DNA of 64,000 nucleotides from Candidatus Bathyarchaeota archaeon (lineage in GTDB: Archaea > Thermoproteota > Bathyarchaeia > 40CM-2-53-6), in NCBI GenBank assembly GCA_963726255.1, contig CAVSBL010000002.1, forward strand, positions 2,048,001 through 2,112,000. Reading direction: 5' to 3'. The notes under the pieces are model-generated. The model was not told the DNA's origin. It was given only the letters and a program-made list of their open reading frames with translations, and searched no databases. This document shows positions 29,370-38,908 of this stretch, piece by piece. The translations under genes and the position numbers were made by a program. Each line of letters begins with the position of its first letter. Within the stretch, counting starts at the first letter, position 1.

Positions 29370-32123
29370 TTGTTGAGTAGCGTAGCTTCTCGAGGAAAAC
29401 GCCCCGACATTTTCCCCATTCCTCACACCACAATCGTCGCCCTCCTCGTTGTCTATCTTTGCCTAACGTTGGTCCTAAGCAGCGCTGTCATCCCCGCATA
29501 TTCTCAAGTCAAGAAACACGGAATCATGACGCCCAGCGAGGAAATGCTTCACCAGTGGATTACGGATTACAATACTGGCGCGAGAGTTCCTAACGCGACC
29601 TCACTCCAAATGGCAACAGTTGCACCCCCGCACTTTGACCTACTCAGCCACCTCCAGTACACGCCGGCCCAACGTGACCAGGGATGGTGCGGCAACTGTT
29701 GGAACTGGGCCAGCACCGGAGTGCTTGAAGTTGCACTTGACGTTCAAGGCATTAGGAAGGATCGCCTATCAATCCAATATCTGAACTCGTACTACGATGT
29801 GGGAAGCGGACCGGGCTCGAGCGCCACTTGGGCTTGCTGCGGCGGAAACCTGAACAAGTACGCGAACTTCTACTCGGGTAGAGCACTTACGATCCCTTGG
29901 TCCAACACGAACGCAGGTTGGCCTATTGGCTCAGGCGACTACAACAATGATAACTGCCCTGGCCATTCGAATGTGGCGGCGTCAAGCATCGGGCTCATGC
30001 CAAGGATTGGCATCAAACAGATTCAGGCTCAATGGATTAACACGCAGGGAGTTGGGCAGTCAGCCGCAATCGCCAACATCAAAAATGTTCTGCTTCAAAA
30101 CAAGGCCATTTATTATGCGTTCGACTTGGCGAACGACGCGGACTGGACCGATTTCTACAGCTTCTGGAGTTCCCAGCCGGAGAGCGCCCTGTGGAACCCC
30201 AACTCATATTCTGGACATACGTGGGTCAACGGGCAAGGAGGCGGACATGCGGTTCTGTTGCTCGGCTACGATACTAGTGATGCCAACCCTGCTAATTGGT
30301 ATTGGATTGTATTGAACAGTTGGGGAACAACATCGCCCGGGCGTCCGAACGGCTTTTTCCATCTAAAAATGAACATTGACTACGACAACTACATCTACGA
30401 GATTGGATACGGCAACTGGTATTCCCTTGAATTCGGAACATTGGCCCTAAGCTTCAGCCCGTTAGTTGTTCCGCTTACGGTTTCAGTTAGTCCTCCGACC
30501 TCAGGTTCAGTCTCCCTAACCCCTGCTGCATCTTCATACACTTTCGGAGCAACTGTTAAGGCGACTGCGAAACCGTCAGCTGGGTACTATTTCGCCGCAT
30601 GGGGACTCGACGACAAGTACGCAGGTAACAGCAACCCAATTCCATTTGTGATGAACGACACTCACAGCCTGACCGCGTACTTCGAACCCCAGAACCAATG
30701 GGTTAGAGCGAACAACAATCCAATTCTAACGCCAGCCCTAATCTCATGGGACAACTGGTTAGTTTGGAACCCCCGACTATTCACATATCCCAATGGGACT
30801 TTCGGCATGGTGTACTTAGGAACAAATGTGAATGGGACGAATGGAATCGGACTGGCAACGAGTCCAGACGGGCTTCAATGGATCAAATACCCCAAGCCAA
30901 TACTCACTAGGTCTCCTGTAGTGGGACAATGGGACAACGGCTCAGTCATTCCTGGGAATATTTTCTGGGATGGATCAGAATACGTCCTCTACTATGAAGG
31001 AAGTAATCCGGGCTCAGGCCGGGCTTTCGGATATGCCACATCGCCTGATACAATTCATTGGACCAAGTACCCCGCGAACCCTGTCATGACTCGCTCAACC
31101 TCCGCCGATACTCAGTACTTCAATTACCCGTTCACGTTGAAGGTTGGGGGAACTTACAAGATGTGGTACACGTCCGGCAACAAGATCTCTTTGGCAACAT
31201 CACCGGACGGGATAAGTTGGACTAGAGTTAATGGTGGTTCCGCTGTACTGTCGCCTTCAGGTTCCTCCACATGGGATGGCGGATATGTGTACAGCGCTGC
31301 GGTCGTCTATGATTCGGAGGCTGGCACTTACCTGATGTCCTACTCCGGCATAGACCCGGATGGCGTAACCGCCAACACAGGATTGGCAACTTCAACCGAC
31401 GGGGTATTGTGGACCAAGTATTCAGGCAACCCAATCGTAGCACTCAGCCCAGCGGGCAGTTGGGATAGTGGAGATTCCGTTGACAACCAGGGCATGTTGC
31501 TGTGGAATGGGCAATTGACCGTGTATTATTCAGGTGACGCTGCATTTCCAGTCTATCACAATGCGGCTGACTTACGCAGTTACAGCATCGGTGCCGCCTC
31601 TGTTTCCAGAATCGCTCTACGCGCCGGGTGGAACCTGATCTCCATGCCCGTCGTTCCAAGGAATAGTGCTGTGGCATCGATATTGGCGCAGTTAATTGCA
31701 GCGAAGGAAGTTTCTATCGTTTGGAGTTACACTGGCACACCGAGGACATGGAAATTCTACAAACCCGGCGTTGCAAGCTCATTGACGATGATGAAAGACG
31801 GTGAAGGTTACTGGGTCATGATGACTCAGCCCGACACGCTCTACGTTGGAGGCGACGTGATTCCGGCAGCCACCACACCACCCACCTACCCGCTTCAGCT
31901 CGGCTGGAACCTCGTGGGCTTCAAGCCTCAACCAGCAATTCAAGACGCGACCGTTCACGACTACCTCCAAAGCATCATCGGCAGCTATGATTTCAACAAT
32001 GTTTGGATATACGACAACATGAACGGCAATTGGATACGTGCAAGTCCTGACGGCTCAACCCGGCTCAAGCCCGGACAAGCCATGTGGGTCCTCGTAACCG
32101 CGCCCGCAACCCTGAGGCCATAA
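29370..32123 (+). CDS. Secreted multidomain protein: papain-like C1 peptidase + beta-sandwich repeat + GH130/GH43-like beta-propeller + LRP-terminal domain
   Basis: Signal/TM; QGWCGNCW, GGHAV, NSWG; repeated GLATSPDGxxW/NP(I/V); two GWNL repeats; ends TAPATLRP*. Confidence 0.85.
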   Translation: MLSSVASRGKRPDIFPIPHTTIVALLVVYLCLTLVLSSAVIPAYSQVKKHGIMTPSEEMLHQWITDYNTGARVPNATSLQMATVAPPHFDLLSHLQYTPAQRDQGWCGNCWNWASTGVLEVALDVQGIRKDRLSIQYLNSYYDVGSGPGSSATWACCGGNLNKYANFYSGRALTIPWSNTNAGWPIGSGDYNNDNCPGHSNVAASSIGLMPRIGIKQIQAQWINTQGVGQSAAIANIKNVLLQNKAIYYAFDLANDADWTDFYSFWSSQPESALWNPNSYSGHTWVNGQGGGHAVLLLGYDTSDANPANWYWIVLNSWGTTSPGRPNGFFHLKMNIDYDNYIYEIGYGNWYSLEFGTLALSFSPLVVPLTVSVSPPTSGSVSLTPAASSYTFGATVKATAKPSAGYYFAAWGLDDKYAGNSNPIPFVMNDTHSLTAYFEPQNQWVRANNNPILTPALISWDNWLVWNPRLFTYPNGTFGMVYLGTNVNGTNGIGLATSPDGLQWIKYPKPILTRSPVVGQWDNGSVIPGNIFWDGSEYVLYYEGSNPGSGRAFGYATSPDTIHWTKYPANPVMTRSTSADTQYFNYPFTLKVGGTYKMWYTSGNKISLATSPDGISWTRVNGGSAVLSPSGSSTWDGGYVYSAAVVYDSEAGTYLMSYSGIDPDGVTANTGLATSTDGVLWTKYSGNPIVALSPAGSWDSGDSVDNQGMLLWNGQLTVYYSGDAAFPVYHNAADLRSYSIGAASVSRIALRAGWNLISMPVVPRNSAVASILAQLIAAKEVSIVWSYTGTPRTWKFYKPGVASSLTMMKDGEGYWVMMTQPDTLYVGGDVIPAATTPPTYPLQLGWNLVGFKPQPAIQDATVHDYLQSIIGSYDFNNVWIYDNMNGNWIRASPDGSTRLKPGQAMWVLVTAPATLRP

Positions 32124-32171
32124 TTCTTGAATTCTACTCGTCGAAAAAATCGATGAATTAAGAAGTCTTCA

Positions 32172-33071
32172 TCAGAGTCTCATTGCTGCTGAGATAACGT
32201 AGCCCATGGCCAAGAGGGCGATTGTGAGATAGGCGGTTGCAATGTTTGCTGCGAGCGCTGGAACTAGCTTTCGAGTGTTTGAAAACTCACGTAATGTTAC
32301 CCTGATGGCTTTTGCGGCGAAGGGGAGCGCGGTCAGAGCGATCAGAGTGGGCGGAGGGGTAAGGCCGAAGATTACCGATACGGGGATGCAAGCAACAGCC
32401 AACGCCTCGAGGAGGGCGTAGAGTTTCGCAGAACGCCCCCTGCCCAGCAATATTGGAATGTTCTTTCGTCCGCCTGCGGCGTCAGCTTCGAGGTCAGGCA
32501 TCTCATTCAGGAAGAGCACGTTAGCAATCATTATGCCTGGCGCGAGACCCACGGCCACGGCGCCCGCACTTATGTTACCGGTTTGGACGAAGTAAGCCCC
32601 GATTATTGCTAGTGGCCCAAGGTTTAGGCCTGCCAGGAACTCTCCCAAGTAGATTCTGGCGAATGTGTTTGAGTAGAAGTAGACCGAGATGGCCGCGATC
32701 GCCACCAGACCCAGGAGCGCTATTCCCCGCGTCAATACAAAGTAGGCACCGATTGGAATCGCAAGAAGGAGCGAACCCAAGCCGAACGATAAGGCGCTCT
32801 TCGGTTTGATTAAGCCCGCGACTAGGAATCTGCTTCCGCCACTGAAGGGCGTTTTCAAAGTGGCCGCATCCACCCCGGTCTTATAGTCGTAGTAATCGTT
32901 GAGCACGTTCACTGCGTTCTGCGCTAATGTCACACCAATTATTGCGAGAACGTAGTAGGCTAGGTTGAAGAGACCCTCCCGTGCTGCAACGGCCGTGCCC
33001 AAGCTGACGAGTAGAAAACTCATCAACAAGGACGGTTCCACAGCTTCGCGGAACCAAACCTTAAGCCCCAA
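32172..33071 (-). CDS. menA: UbiA-family prenyltransferase, MenA-like
   Basis: NVLNDYYDYKTGVD, NEMPDLEADAAGGRKN; multi-TM. Confidence 0.82.
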   Translation of the reverse strand: MGLKVWFREAVEPSLLMSFLLVSLGTAVAAREGLFNLAYYVLAIIGVTLAQNAVNVLNDYYDYKTGVDAATLKTPFSGGSRFLVAGLIKPKSALSFGLGSLLLAIPIGAYFVLTRGIALLGLVAIAAISVYFYSNTFARIYLGEFLAGLNLGPLAIIGAYFVQTGNISAGAVAVGLAPGIMIANVLFLNEMPDLEADAAGGRKNIPILLGRGRSAKLYALLEALAVACIPVSVIFGLTPPPTLIALTALPFAAKAIRVTLREFSNTRKLVPALAANIATAYLTIALLAMGYVISAAMRL

Positions 33072-33197
33072 AGCAACTTTGCGCCGAGCTTACCGTTTCA
33101 GTGATTATAATGGTGACGCTTGAACCCAGAGGTTACGGCTTTGAACCTAATGTATTCTGAAGAATCTTCGATTGATTGCTTGTGACAATGGCTGCGG

Positions 33198-33791
33198 TCA
33201 AGACATGGTCATGGTTACGGTTGAGTTTGAAGGTGCCAGAACAGTAGCTATGGCGGAGACCGTCGTTCCAACGTTGTACGCGCCCGACATGAACCTGACG
33301 CCGATCGTTACGCCGTTGGAACCGCCGTTGGCAATGAGCGCGTCATTACCCATGGGGTCCTTGACTAGGAGGAAGTTCAGGTATGGTGGAATTGCGGATA
33401 TGACATCACCCACCATCAACCCGGCTGGAACCACTACAACCTTCGATGAGGTTGAGAAACCTGTGATTTGCATTACCCCCGTTCCATCGATGTTTATCGT
33501 GTCGAGGAGTATGTCGAAGTCAGCGGCCCGGTTCAGGACCAGGACAATTCTCGTAATGAAGAATGGGCCGGTTCCTTGACTTGTGATCGTAATCTTGGAG
33601 TTTCCTAGGAATTGTGTGCTAGCGTAGACTCGAACAATGCCATATTGGGATAGGGGCATTGGGACGTCTGTGGAAGGAGGAGGAGCGAGCACGTAGCTGA
33701 GGCTAATTGAGGTTAAGCCAATCAGTATGATGGCCGCTGCTAGGATTGCAATCCTAGTCCTCCGCGCTAGGATCTTCCGCATAACACTCAC
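33198..33791 (-). CDS. Membrane-anchored extracellular beta-rich protein
   Basis: Basic N-terminus, TM, Pro linker, beta-rich body. Confidence 0.65.
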   Translation of the reverse strand: MSVMRKILARRTRIAILAAAIILIGLTSISLSYVLAPPPSTDVPMPLSQYGIVRVYASTQFLGNSKITITSQGTGPFFITRIVLVLNRAADFDILLDTINIDGTGVMQITGFSTSSKVVVVPAGLMVGDVISAIPPYLNFLLVKDPMGNDALIANGGSNGVTIGVRFMSGAYNVGTTVSAIATVLAPSNSTVTMTMS

Positions 33792-33998
33792 TAAGGTGGG
33801 GAACCCGCCGACCGCACAAAATTGCGCTCTAAGGATACTTAATGCTTTGCCATCACACCGCTCCTAGGCTAACGTGTAGACAACATCAAACAAAGGGCTA
33901 ATCCAGCCGAACAATCTTTCCAGGCTTCAAAGCGTCGAACGATCCCTACTTCACGAAAGCTTTAGTAATATCCGCTTAAGTATCGCGATTTGATTTTC

Positions 33999-35132
33999 AT
34001 GAGAGCCCAAAATGCCAGTCTTCTGTTCACGGGCCTCATCTTGGCGCTTCTGGTGGCGAATTTCCCGATTCTGGTGCAGGCTCAGAGCCCTCCGCCGTTA
34101 CCTATGCTGTACACCGGGAACGTAACCCTCAACGGTTCCCCGGCGCCGGACGGCCTGAATGTCACAGCGCTAGATAACGGCGTGGTCGTGGGTTCAGCAT
34201 TAACGAGTGGCGGCACATATTCACTCTTAGCCTGTTCGCCCGAGAATTGCAATCAGGGCGATACGTTGAGTTTCAAGCTGAACGGCCAATTGACCGCGGC
34301 CCAAACCGTTGCAGTAGACACTAGCCAACGCGGAATCCCGCAAAACCAAGACCTATCCTTCACGGGAACATTATCGTCAGTCACAACAACCACGCCTCCA
34401 CCCACATCAACGACGACCGCCACGCAACAAACCACTTCAACGAGTTCGGCTGTGAGTAGCACTAGTTCAACCGAAAGTAGCGCTAGCATGACTGAGAGTA
34501 GTTCGGCTACGGTTCCAGCTACGACGAGCAATTCTAGCGCTCTTCCCACTGGCCCGAAATGCCTCATAGCCACCGCTACTTATGGGTCTGAGCTTGCACC
34601 GGAAGTTCAACTGCTCCGCAACTTCCGTGATTATTCAATCATGAAAACTCAGGCTGGGTCAAACTTCATGGTTGCCTTCAATGCCTGGTACTACTCCTTC
34701 AGCCCCTACGTTGCGAACTATATCGCTAGCCATTGGGTTGAACGAACCGTCATGAAGGGCGTCCTCTACCCGCTGATCGGAATGCTCTTCCTGACGCATG
34801 TCGTCTTCTCGGCTGCTGCCACCTCCCCCGAATTCGCAGCTCTCCTTTCTGGGTTGCTTGCGAGTTCACTAATTGGCGCATTCTACTTGGGCTTGCCAAT
34901 CGGCTTCCTCAGGGCAAAGCTCCGCCGGCTGCGCAACTGGAAAGGAGAGAGGCTATTCGAGCAATCGCTTGGGTTGATACTCCTCAGCGGAATGATTCTA
35001 CTAATCGCCGGAGAAGCCACAGCCCTTCCGGCATTGCTCATGATCTCATCGGCCGCAATCGTATTGTCAACCCTCTTCCTCTCTGCATTACTCACATCAG
35101 CGATGATTGGCAAGAAACTCCAAGCCGACTGA
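33999..35132 (+). CDS. Surface protein with Ser/Thr linker and CFI-box-CTERM domain
   Basis: Signal peptide, ST-rich linker, KCLIATATYGSELAPEVQLLRNFRD...WYYSFSP, C-terminal TMs. Confidence 0.85.
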   Translation: MRAQNASLLFTGLILALLVANFPILVQAQSPPPLPMLYTGNVTLNGSPAPDGLNVTALDNGVVVGSALTSGGTYSLLACSPENCNQGDTLSFKLNGQLTAAQTVAVDTSQRGIPQNQDLSFTGTLSSVTTTTPPPTSTTTATQQTTSTSSAVSSTSSTESSASMTESSSATVPATTSNSSALPTGPKCLIATATYGSELAPEVQLLRNFRDYSIMKTQAGSNFMVAFNAWYYSFSPYVANYIASHWVERTVMKGVLYPLIGMLFLTHVVFSAAATSPEFAALLSGLLASSLIGAFYLGLPIGFLRAKLRRLRNWKGERLFEQSLGLILLSGMILLIAGEATALPALLMISSAAIVLSTLFLSALLTSAMIGKKLQAD

Positions 35133-35278
35133 ATCTTTAGAGACCGCAATTGGCGCCGATTCCTGCGTTTGGTCATGCCTTATGGCATAATTATTCGAAC
35201 GAGTTGAATCTACGTACCTCGTGGCTCCTAGGGCAATATTCTTGTCGTTATGAAAGGCGTTAAATAACGATTCATATT

Positions 35279-37285
35279 ATGTACTGTTGGTCGATTTTGC
35301 GTTATCATGTTCGCTCAACGATTGCGGGTTTGTTATCTTTCCTATTGATAGTTAGTTTCGCAGCGTTCATACCTCCATCCGTCTTCGCTGTGAATAACAC
35401 GATTACCGTCAAGGTGCTTCCTACTGGCGCCGGCACCGCCAAAGCTCTCCCTGCTCTCTCTGTTCTCCCGGGAACGACCGTGACCTTAACTGCGGTCCCT
35501 GCAGCAGGCTACTACTTCCAAGCATGGGTCTTAGAAAATATGAACAATGGAACGTACGGGTACTATTCGAACGTCAATCCTACGATGCTCAAGACAGATT
35601 CAGCGGGAGGAGTAGCCTATGCTGTGATTGCGTATTTCCAGCAGGTGAATCAATGGGTCAGATACCAAGGCAACCCGATTCTAACACGAGCAGCTGACCC
35701 AACCTCTTGGTTTAGTGACTATGTCTATGAGCCGAAGGTCTTCGCTCGGCCCGATGGAAGTTTTGGAATGGCTTTCAGGGGATGTGGCCCACTCACATTG
35801 ACGGCTTCATTTCCTGTGTACAACTGCAGGATCGGACTAGCAACGAGCGCTAATGCATTTACCTGGACGCCGAACCTCGCCCCAATCCTCTCCCCAGGCG
35901 GAGGAAGCTCAGTCAATTCTATCATAGGTAGCTCGAACAGCCCCTACCCATGGGATAATTACAGCATGAATCTGGGCAGCGTATTCTGGGATCCTTCGTT
36001 CTCGGGAGGAAAGTTTCTGCTATACTACAGCGCCCAGAATGTTTCATCATCGAGTACTCGTCCCTTTCTCCTGTTTAGGGGAATTGGGCTGGCATCGTCA
36101 TCTGACGGAGTAACCTTCGCCCGTGAGAATGGTGGGAAACCGCTTTTGTACACACAATTCACGTGCACAAGCGGATCCTGCCCGAGTTTTGCATACCCGT
36201 CCGTGCTCAAGCACGGCTCCACGTATATGATGTGGCAAAACGGCAAGCCAACCGGCGGACAAGGAGGAGCCATATTCCTCGAAACATCAACAGACGCTAT
36301 CCATTGGAGCCTGCAAAACGGAGGAGACCCCGTGTTAACCCAAGAAGACTGGAACGATTACGACAACTATGGTCATCTGATCATCAATCCACAATCCCTG
36401 ATTGACGCCTACAAATGGGACGGCGATTTCGTATATGCTCCAAGCGTGCTCTACGACGCCCTCGCGAACAATTTCAAAATGTTCTACTCTGGAACTGATT
36501 ACAACGGGACTTCATGTTGCAGGACGGGCTTCGCAACTTCACCCGAAGGAATAAACTGGAATCCATACCCCGGCAATCCGATCATCGCACCTAATGCTGC
36601 CCCTGCATGGGATGATGGTGACAGCACAGACCTTGTCGGAGCGTTCTACCTCAACAGTACGCTCATGGTCTACTATTCAGGGGACACGTTCAACTCTATC
36701 AGTTGCATTGAAAACGGGGATACCTGCAGTCACTTCCAAGCGTACAGCATAGGTTTGCTTTACGCTTCCGAGATTCCGGTAGTTGCCGGATGGAACCTTA
36801 TCTCGTTACCCGTAGTTCCCAACAATAACAACCTGAAAACGATCCTTGCCCCACAAATCGCCACGGGTCACCTCACAATAGTCTGGAGCTATTTGACGGC
36901 TACGAAGAGCTGGATATCCTTCACGCCTCCCTCCACGGGCACGTTGACTACTCTGGTGGACGGCAAGGCATATTGGGTGAGGATGACGACCGCAGACACC
37001 ATCATCGTGGGTGGAACAGTGATACCCCCAGCCGTGGGGCCTCCAAGCTATGTGCTTCCTCAAGGCTGGAACCTGTTAGGCTTCAAACCACAACCCAACA
37101 TCGAGAACGAAACCGTATCCTTCTACCTATCCAGCATTTCATCCGGCTATGACCCCAACAGCGTCTACATCTACAACAACCTTTCCGGAGCATGGACAAA
37201 GGCGAATGGTAACACGTTGCTTCTGCCAGGCCAAGGATTGTGGATTTACGTAACCTCCGCTACACCTGTCACCTTGAGACCGTAA
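35279..37285 (+). CDS. Secreted GH130/GH43-like beta-propeller protein with LRP-terminal domain
   Basis: Same module order as the 3' two-thirds of the 29370 ORF (NQWVR..NPIL, GLATS, GWNLISLP, GWNLLGFKPQP); ends VTLRP*. Confidence 0.85.
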   Translation: MYCWSILRYHVRSTIAGLLSFLLIVSFAAFIPPSVFAVNNTITVKVLPTGAGTAKALPALSVLPGTTVTLTAVPAAGYYFQAWVLENMNNGTYGYYSNVNPTMLKTDSAGGVAYAVIAYFQQVNQWVRYQGNPILTRAADPTSWFSDYVYEPKVFARPDGSFGMAFRGCGPLTLTASFPVYNCRIGLATSANAFTWTPNLAPILSPGGGSSVNSIIGSSNSPYPWDNYSMNLGSVFWDPSFSGGKFLLYYSAQNVSSSSTRPFLLFRGIGLASSSDGVTFARENGGKPLLYTQFTCTSGSCPSFAYPSVLKHGSTYMMWQNGKPTGGQGGAIFLETSTDAIHWSLQNGGDPVLTQEDWNDYDNYGHLIINPQSLIDAYKWDGDFVYAPSVLYDALANNFKMFYSGTDYNGTSCCRTGFATSPEGINWNPYPGNPIIAPNAAPAWDDGDSTDLVGAFYLNSTLMVYYSGDTFNSISCIENGDTCSHFQAYSIGLLYASEIPVVAGWNLISLPVVPNNNNLKTILAPQIATGHLTIVWSYLTATKSWISFTPPSTGTLTTLVDGKAYWVRMTTADTIIVGGTVIPPAVGPPSYVLPQGWNLLGFKPQPNIENETVSFYLSSISSGYDPNSVYIYNNLSGAWTKANGNTLLLPGQGLWIYVTSATPVTLRP

Positions 37286-37373
37286 ACTTGGAACACGGAA
37301 ACCCGTGTTCCACTTAATTTCCACTCAAGGCATTTCTGTCATGCTCCATCCAAGCGCGTAACGCCGGGTAGTG

Positions 37374-37460
37374 TCGTCGGCCGCAATCGTATTGTCCACT
37401 CTCTTCCTATCCGCATTGCTGACGTCAGCGAAGATTGGCAAGAGACTTCACCCAGCCTAA
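37374..37460 (+). repeat. Orphan copy of the last 29 codons of the CFI-box-CTERM gene (35046-35132)
   Basis: SSAAIVLSTLFLSALLTSAKIGKRLHPA* vs SSAAIVLSTLFLSALLTSAMIGKKLQAD*; mostly third-position changes. Confidence 0.85.
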
Positions 37461-37531
37461 CTGCACGGAAAGACCGAAACAGCAGCCACGACAAACCCAC
37501 TCCGCAATTTCACGATCACACTTTCCGTGCT

Positions 37532-37729
37532 CAACGTGGAATCCCTCAAAACCAGGACCTAGCCTTCACGGGAACATTATCATCAGTCACAACAACCACG
37601 CCACTGACCACAACTAGCGAAATGGTAACGACAACTACACCCATACCTGAATTCCCGGCGTTGGCATTGGCGCTGCTTGCCGCGTTGGGCGTGGCGTTCG
37701 CAACATTCTACAAGAAGACTCGGCGTTAA
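37532..37729 (+). pseudogene. Startless cassette: 72-bp homology to 34326-34397 fused to a PEF-CTERM anchor
   Basis: QRGIPQNQDLAFTGTLSSVTTTTP then LTTTSEMVTTTTPIPEFPALALALLAALGVAFATFYKKTRR*. Confidence 0.85.
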
Positions 37730-37776
37730 CCCTTCAGGTTCTCCATTTCTTACAGGTCCTACATTTTGTCTGACAA

Positions 37777-38367
37777 CTAAGATTCAGTGTACGACAAAAT
37801 TGTGGTGTGGCACACCCAGAAACCTGGTGTGTCAAGTTTCCGGTTTCTTCGTCTTGATGTAGCCTGATTGCGTTTTTTCGGAAGCACTAACGCAATTATT
37901 AGCGTGGCCGTGAGGGTGATTCCGATTAGACCTATGATGGCTTGATCGAATTCTGGGACGGGGCGCACGCAGACTAGAAAGTTGGTTATGCTACCCGCTA
38001 CCGTGATTTGTTGCAACCCGGGCGGGTGAGAGGATGGGCTGGTGAAAGTTTGCGTATTGTTTCCTGAGATTTCCACAACTGTGATGCTGTAGTAGGAATA
38101 GGTGGTGCTGGAAGTTTGCAGAAGTTGCACGTAGATTACTCCCCTGTAATGGCCTGTGCCGTTGTAGGGGGCAAGATACCCCGTAACGGAGGTCGCAGTT
38201 CCGTTCGCAAACTTGCCTGCGACCCCGGCGAGGCTGTAGTAATCGGAAGACGGCGCAGTAAGCTGATAATTGGAGTAGCAAGTTTGTGTTGCGGCTTCAG
38301 GCAATACCAAGGCTATAGCTAGGACGGCGAACAACCCGCCCCATAACAGCACTTTCACCGGAAGCAT
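37777..38367 (-). CDS. Secreted protein with PEF-CTERM-like anchor
   Basis: Signal from ATG 38367; PVPEF + TM + KKR; upstream ORF extension is antisense to the antitoxin gene. Confidence 0.75.
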   Translation of the reverse strand: MLPVKVLLWGGLFAVLAIALVLPEAATQTCYSNYQLTAPSSDYYSLAGVAGKFANGTATSVTGYLAPYNGTGHYRGVIYVQLLQTSSTTYSYYSITVVEISGNNTQTFTSPSSHPPGLQQITVAGSITNFLVCVRPVPEFDQAIIGLIGITLTATLIIALVLPKKRNQATSRRRNRKLDTPGFWVCHTTILSYTES

Positions 38368-38587
38368 GCCCCCTAACTCGTATACGACTCGGGCCTGGAA
38401 TTTGAACCCACTTCGACCCCCTTCGACAATTGTCGTATGAAAAATCTGATTATCTGCTAATCGACGCGTTTCAATACTTAGGCTCCCATTATGCGCACTT
38501 AATGGCATCTTCGTGTAAGACGACTTCGCCAAGTAAATGAAAATATGGTTTAAGTATGCAATTGGTATCATTTGTAAACGATACGCA

Positions 38588-38908
38588 ATGACGTTGCGGC
38601 CGCTGGCGACAAGGGTGCCCAAGGAAGTCGAGCATGAGATACAAGACGTTATGGATTTCCTCAAAATCGAGAAGGCCCAGGCTGTCAGGATGATTCTGGA
38701 GATTGGAATTTCAGAGTGGAAGAAGAGAACGGCGATTGAGCTTCTAAGGGATGGAAGAGTAACCTTCGCAAAAGCCGCGAAACTAGCCAACCTGGACCTA
38801 TGGGACTTTGCGGATGTGGTAAGGGATAGGAAGGTAGAGTGGGTTAGCACCCCTGCTAGTGAGCTGGAAGTTGAGGCCAGCAAGGCCTCAAGGGCCGCAA
38901 ACGAATGA
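38588..38908 (+). CDS. UPF0175-family antitoxin-like protein
   Basis: AIELLRDGRVTFAKAAKLANLDLWDF; ATGA overlap with PIN gene. Confidence 0.85.
   Translation: MTLRPLATRVPKEVEHEIQDVMDFLKIEKAQAVRMILEIGISEWKKRTAIELLRDGRVTFAKAAKLANLDLWDFADVVRDRKVEWVSTPASELEVEASKASRAANE

Noticed and set aside
34380-34545. Low-complexity ACC/AGT-rich stretch as a tandem DNA repeat
   Set aside because: Explained by the Ser/Thr linker of the surface protein.
38368-38883. N-terminal half of the 368-aa minus-strand ORF
   Set aside because: Antisense shadow of the UPF0175 antitoxin and its promoter; the signal peptide begins at ATG 38367.
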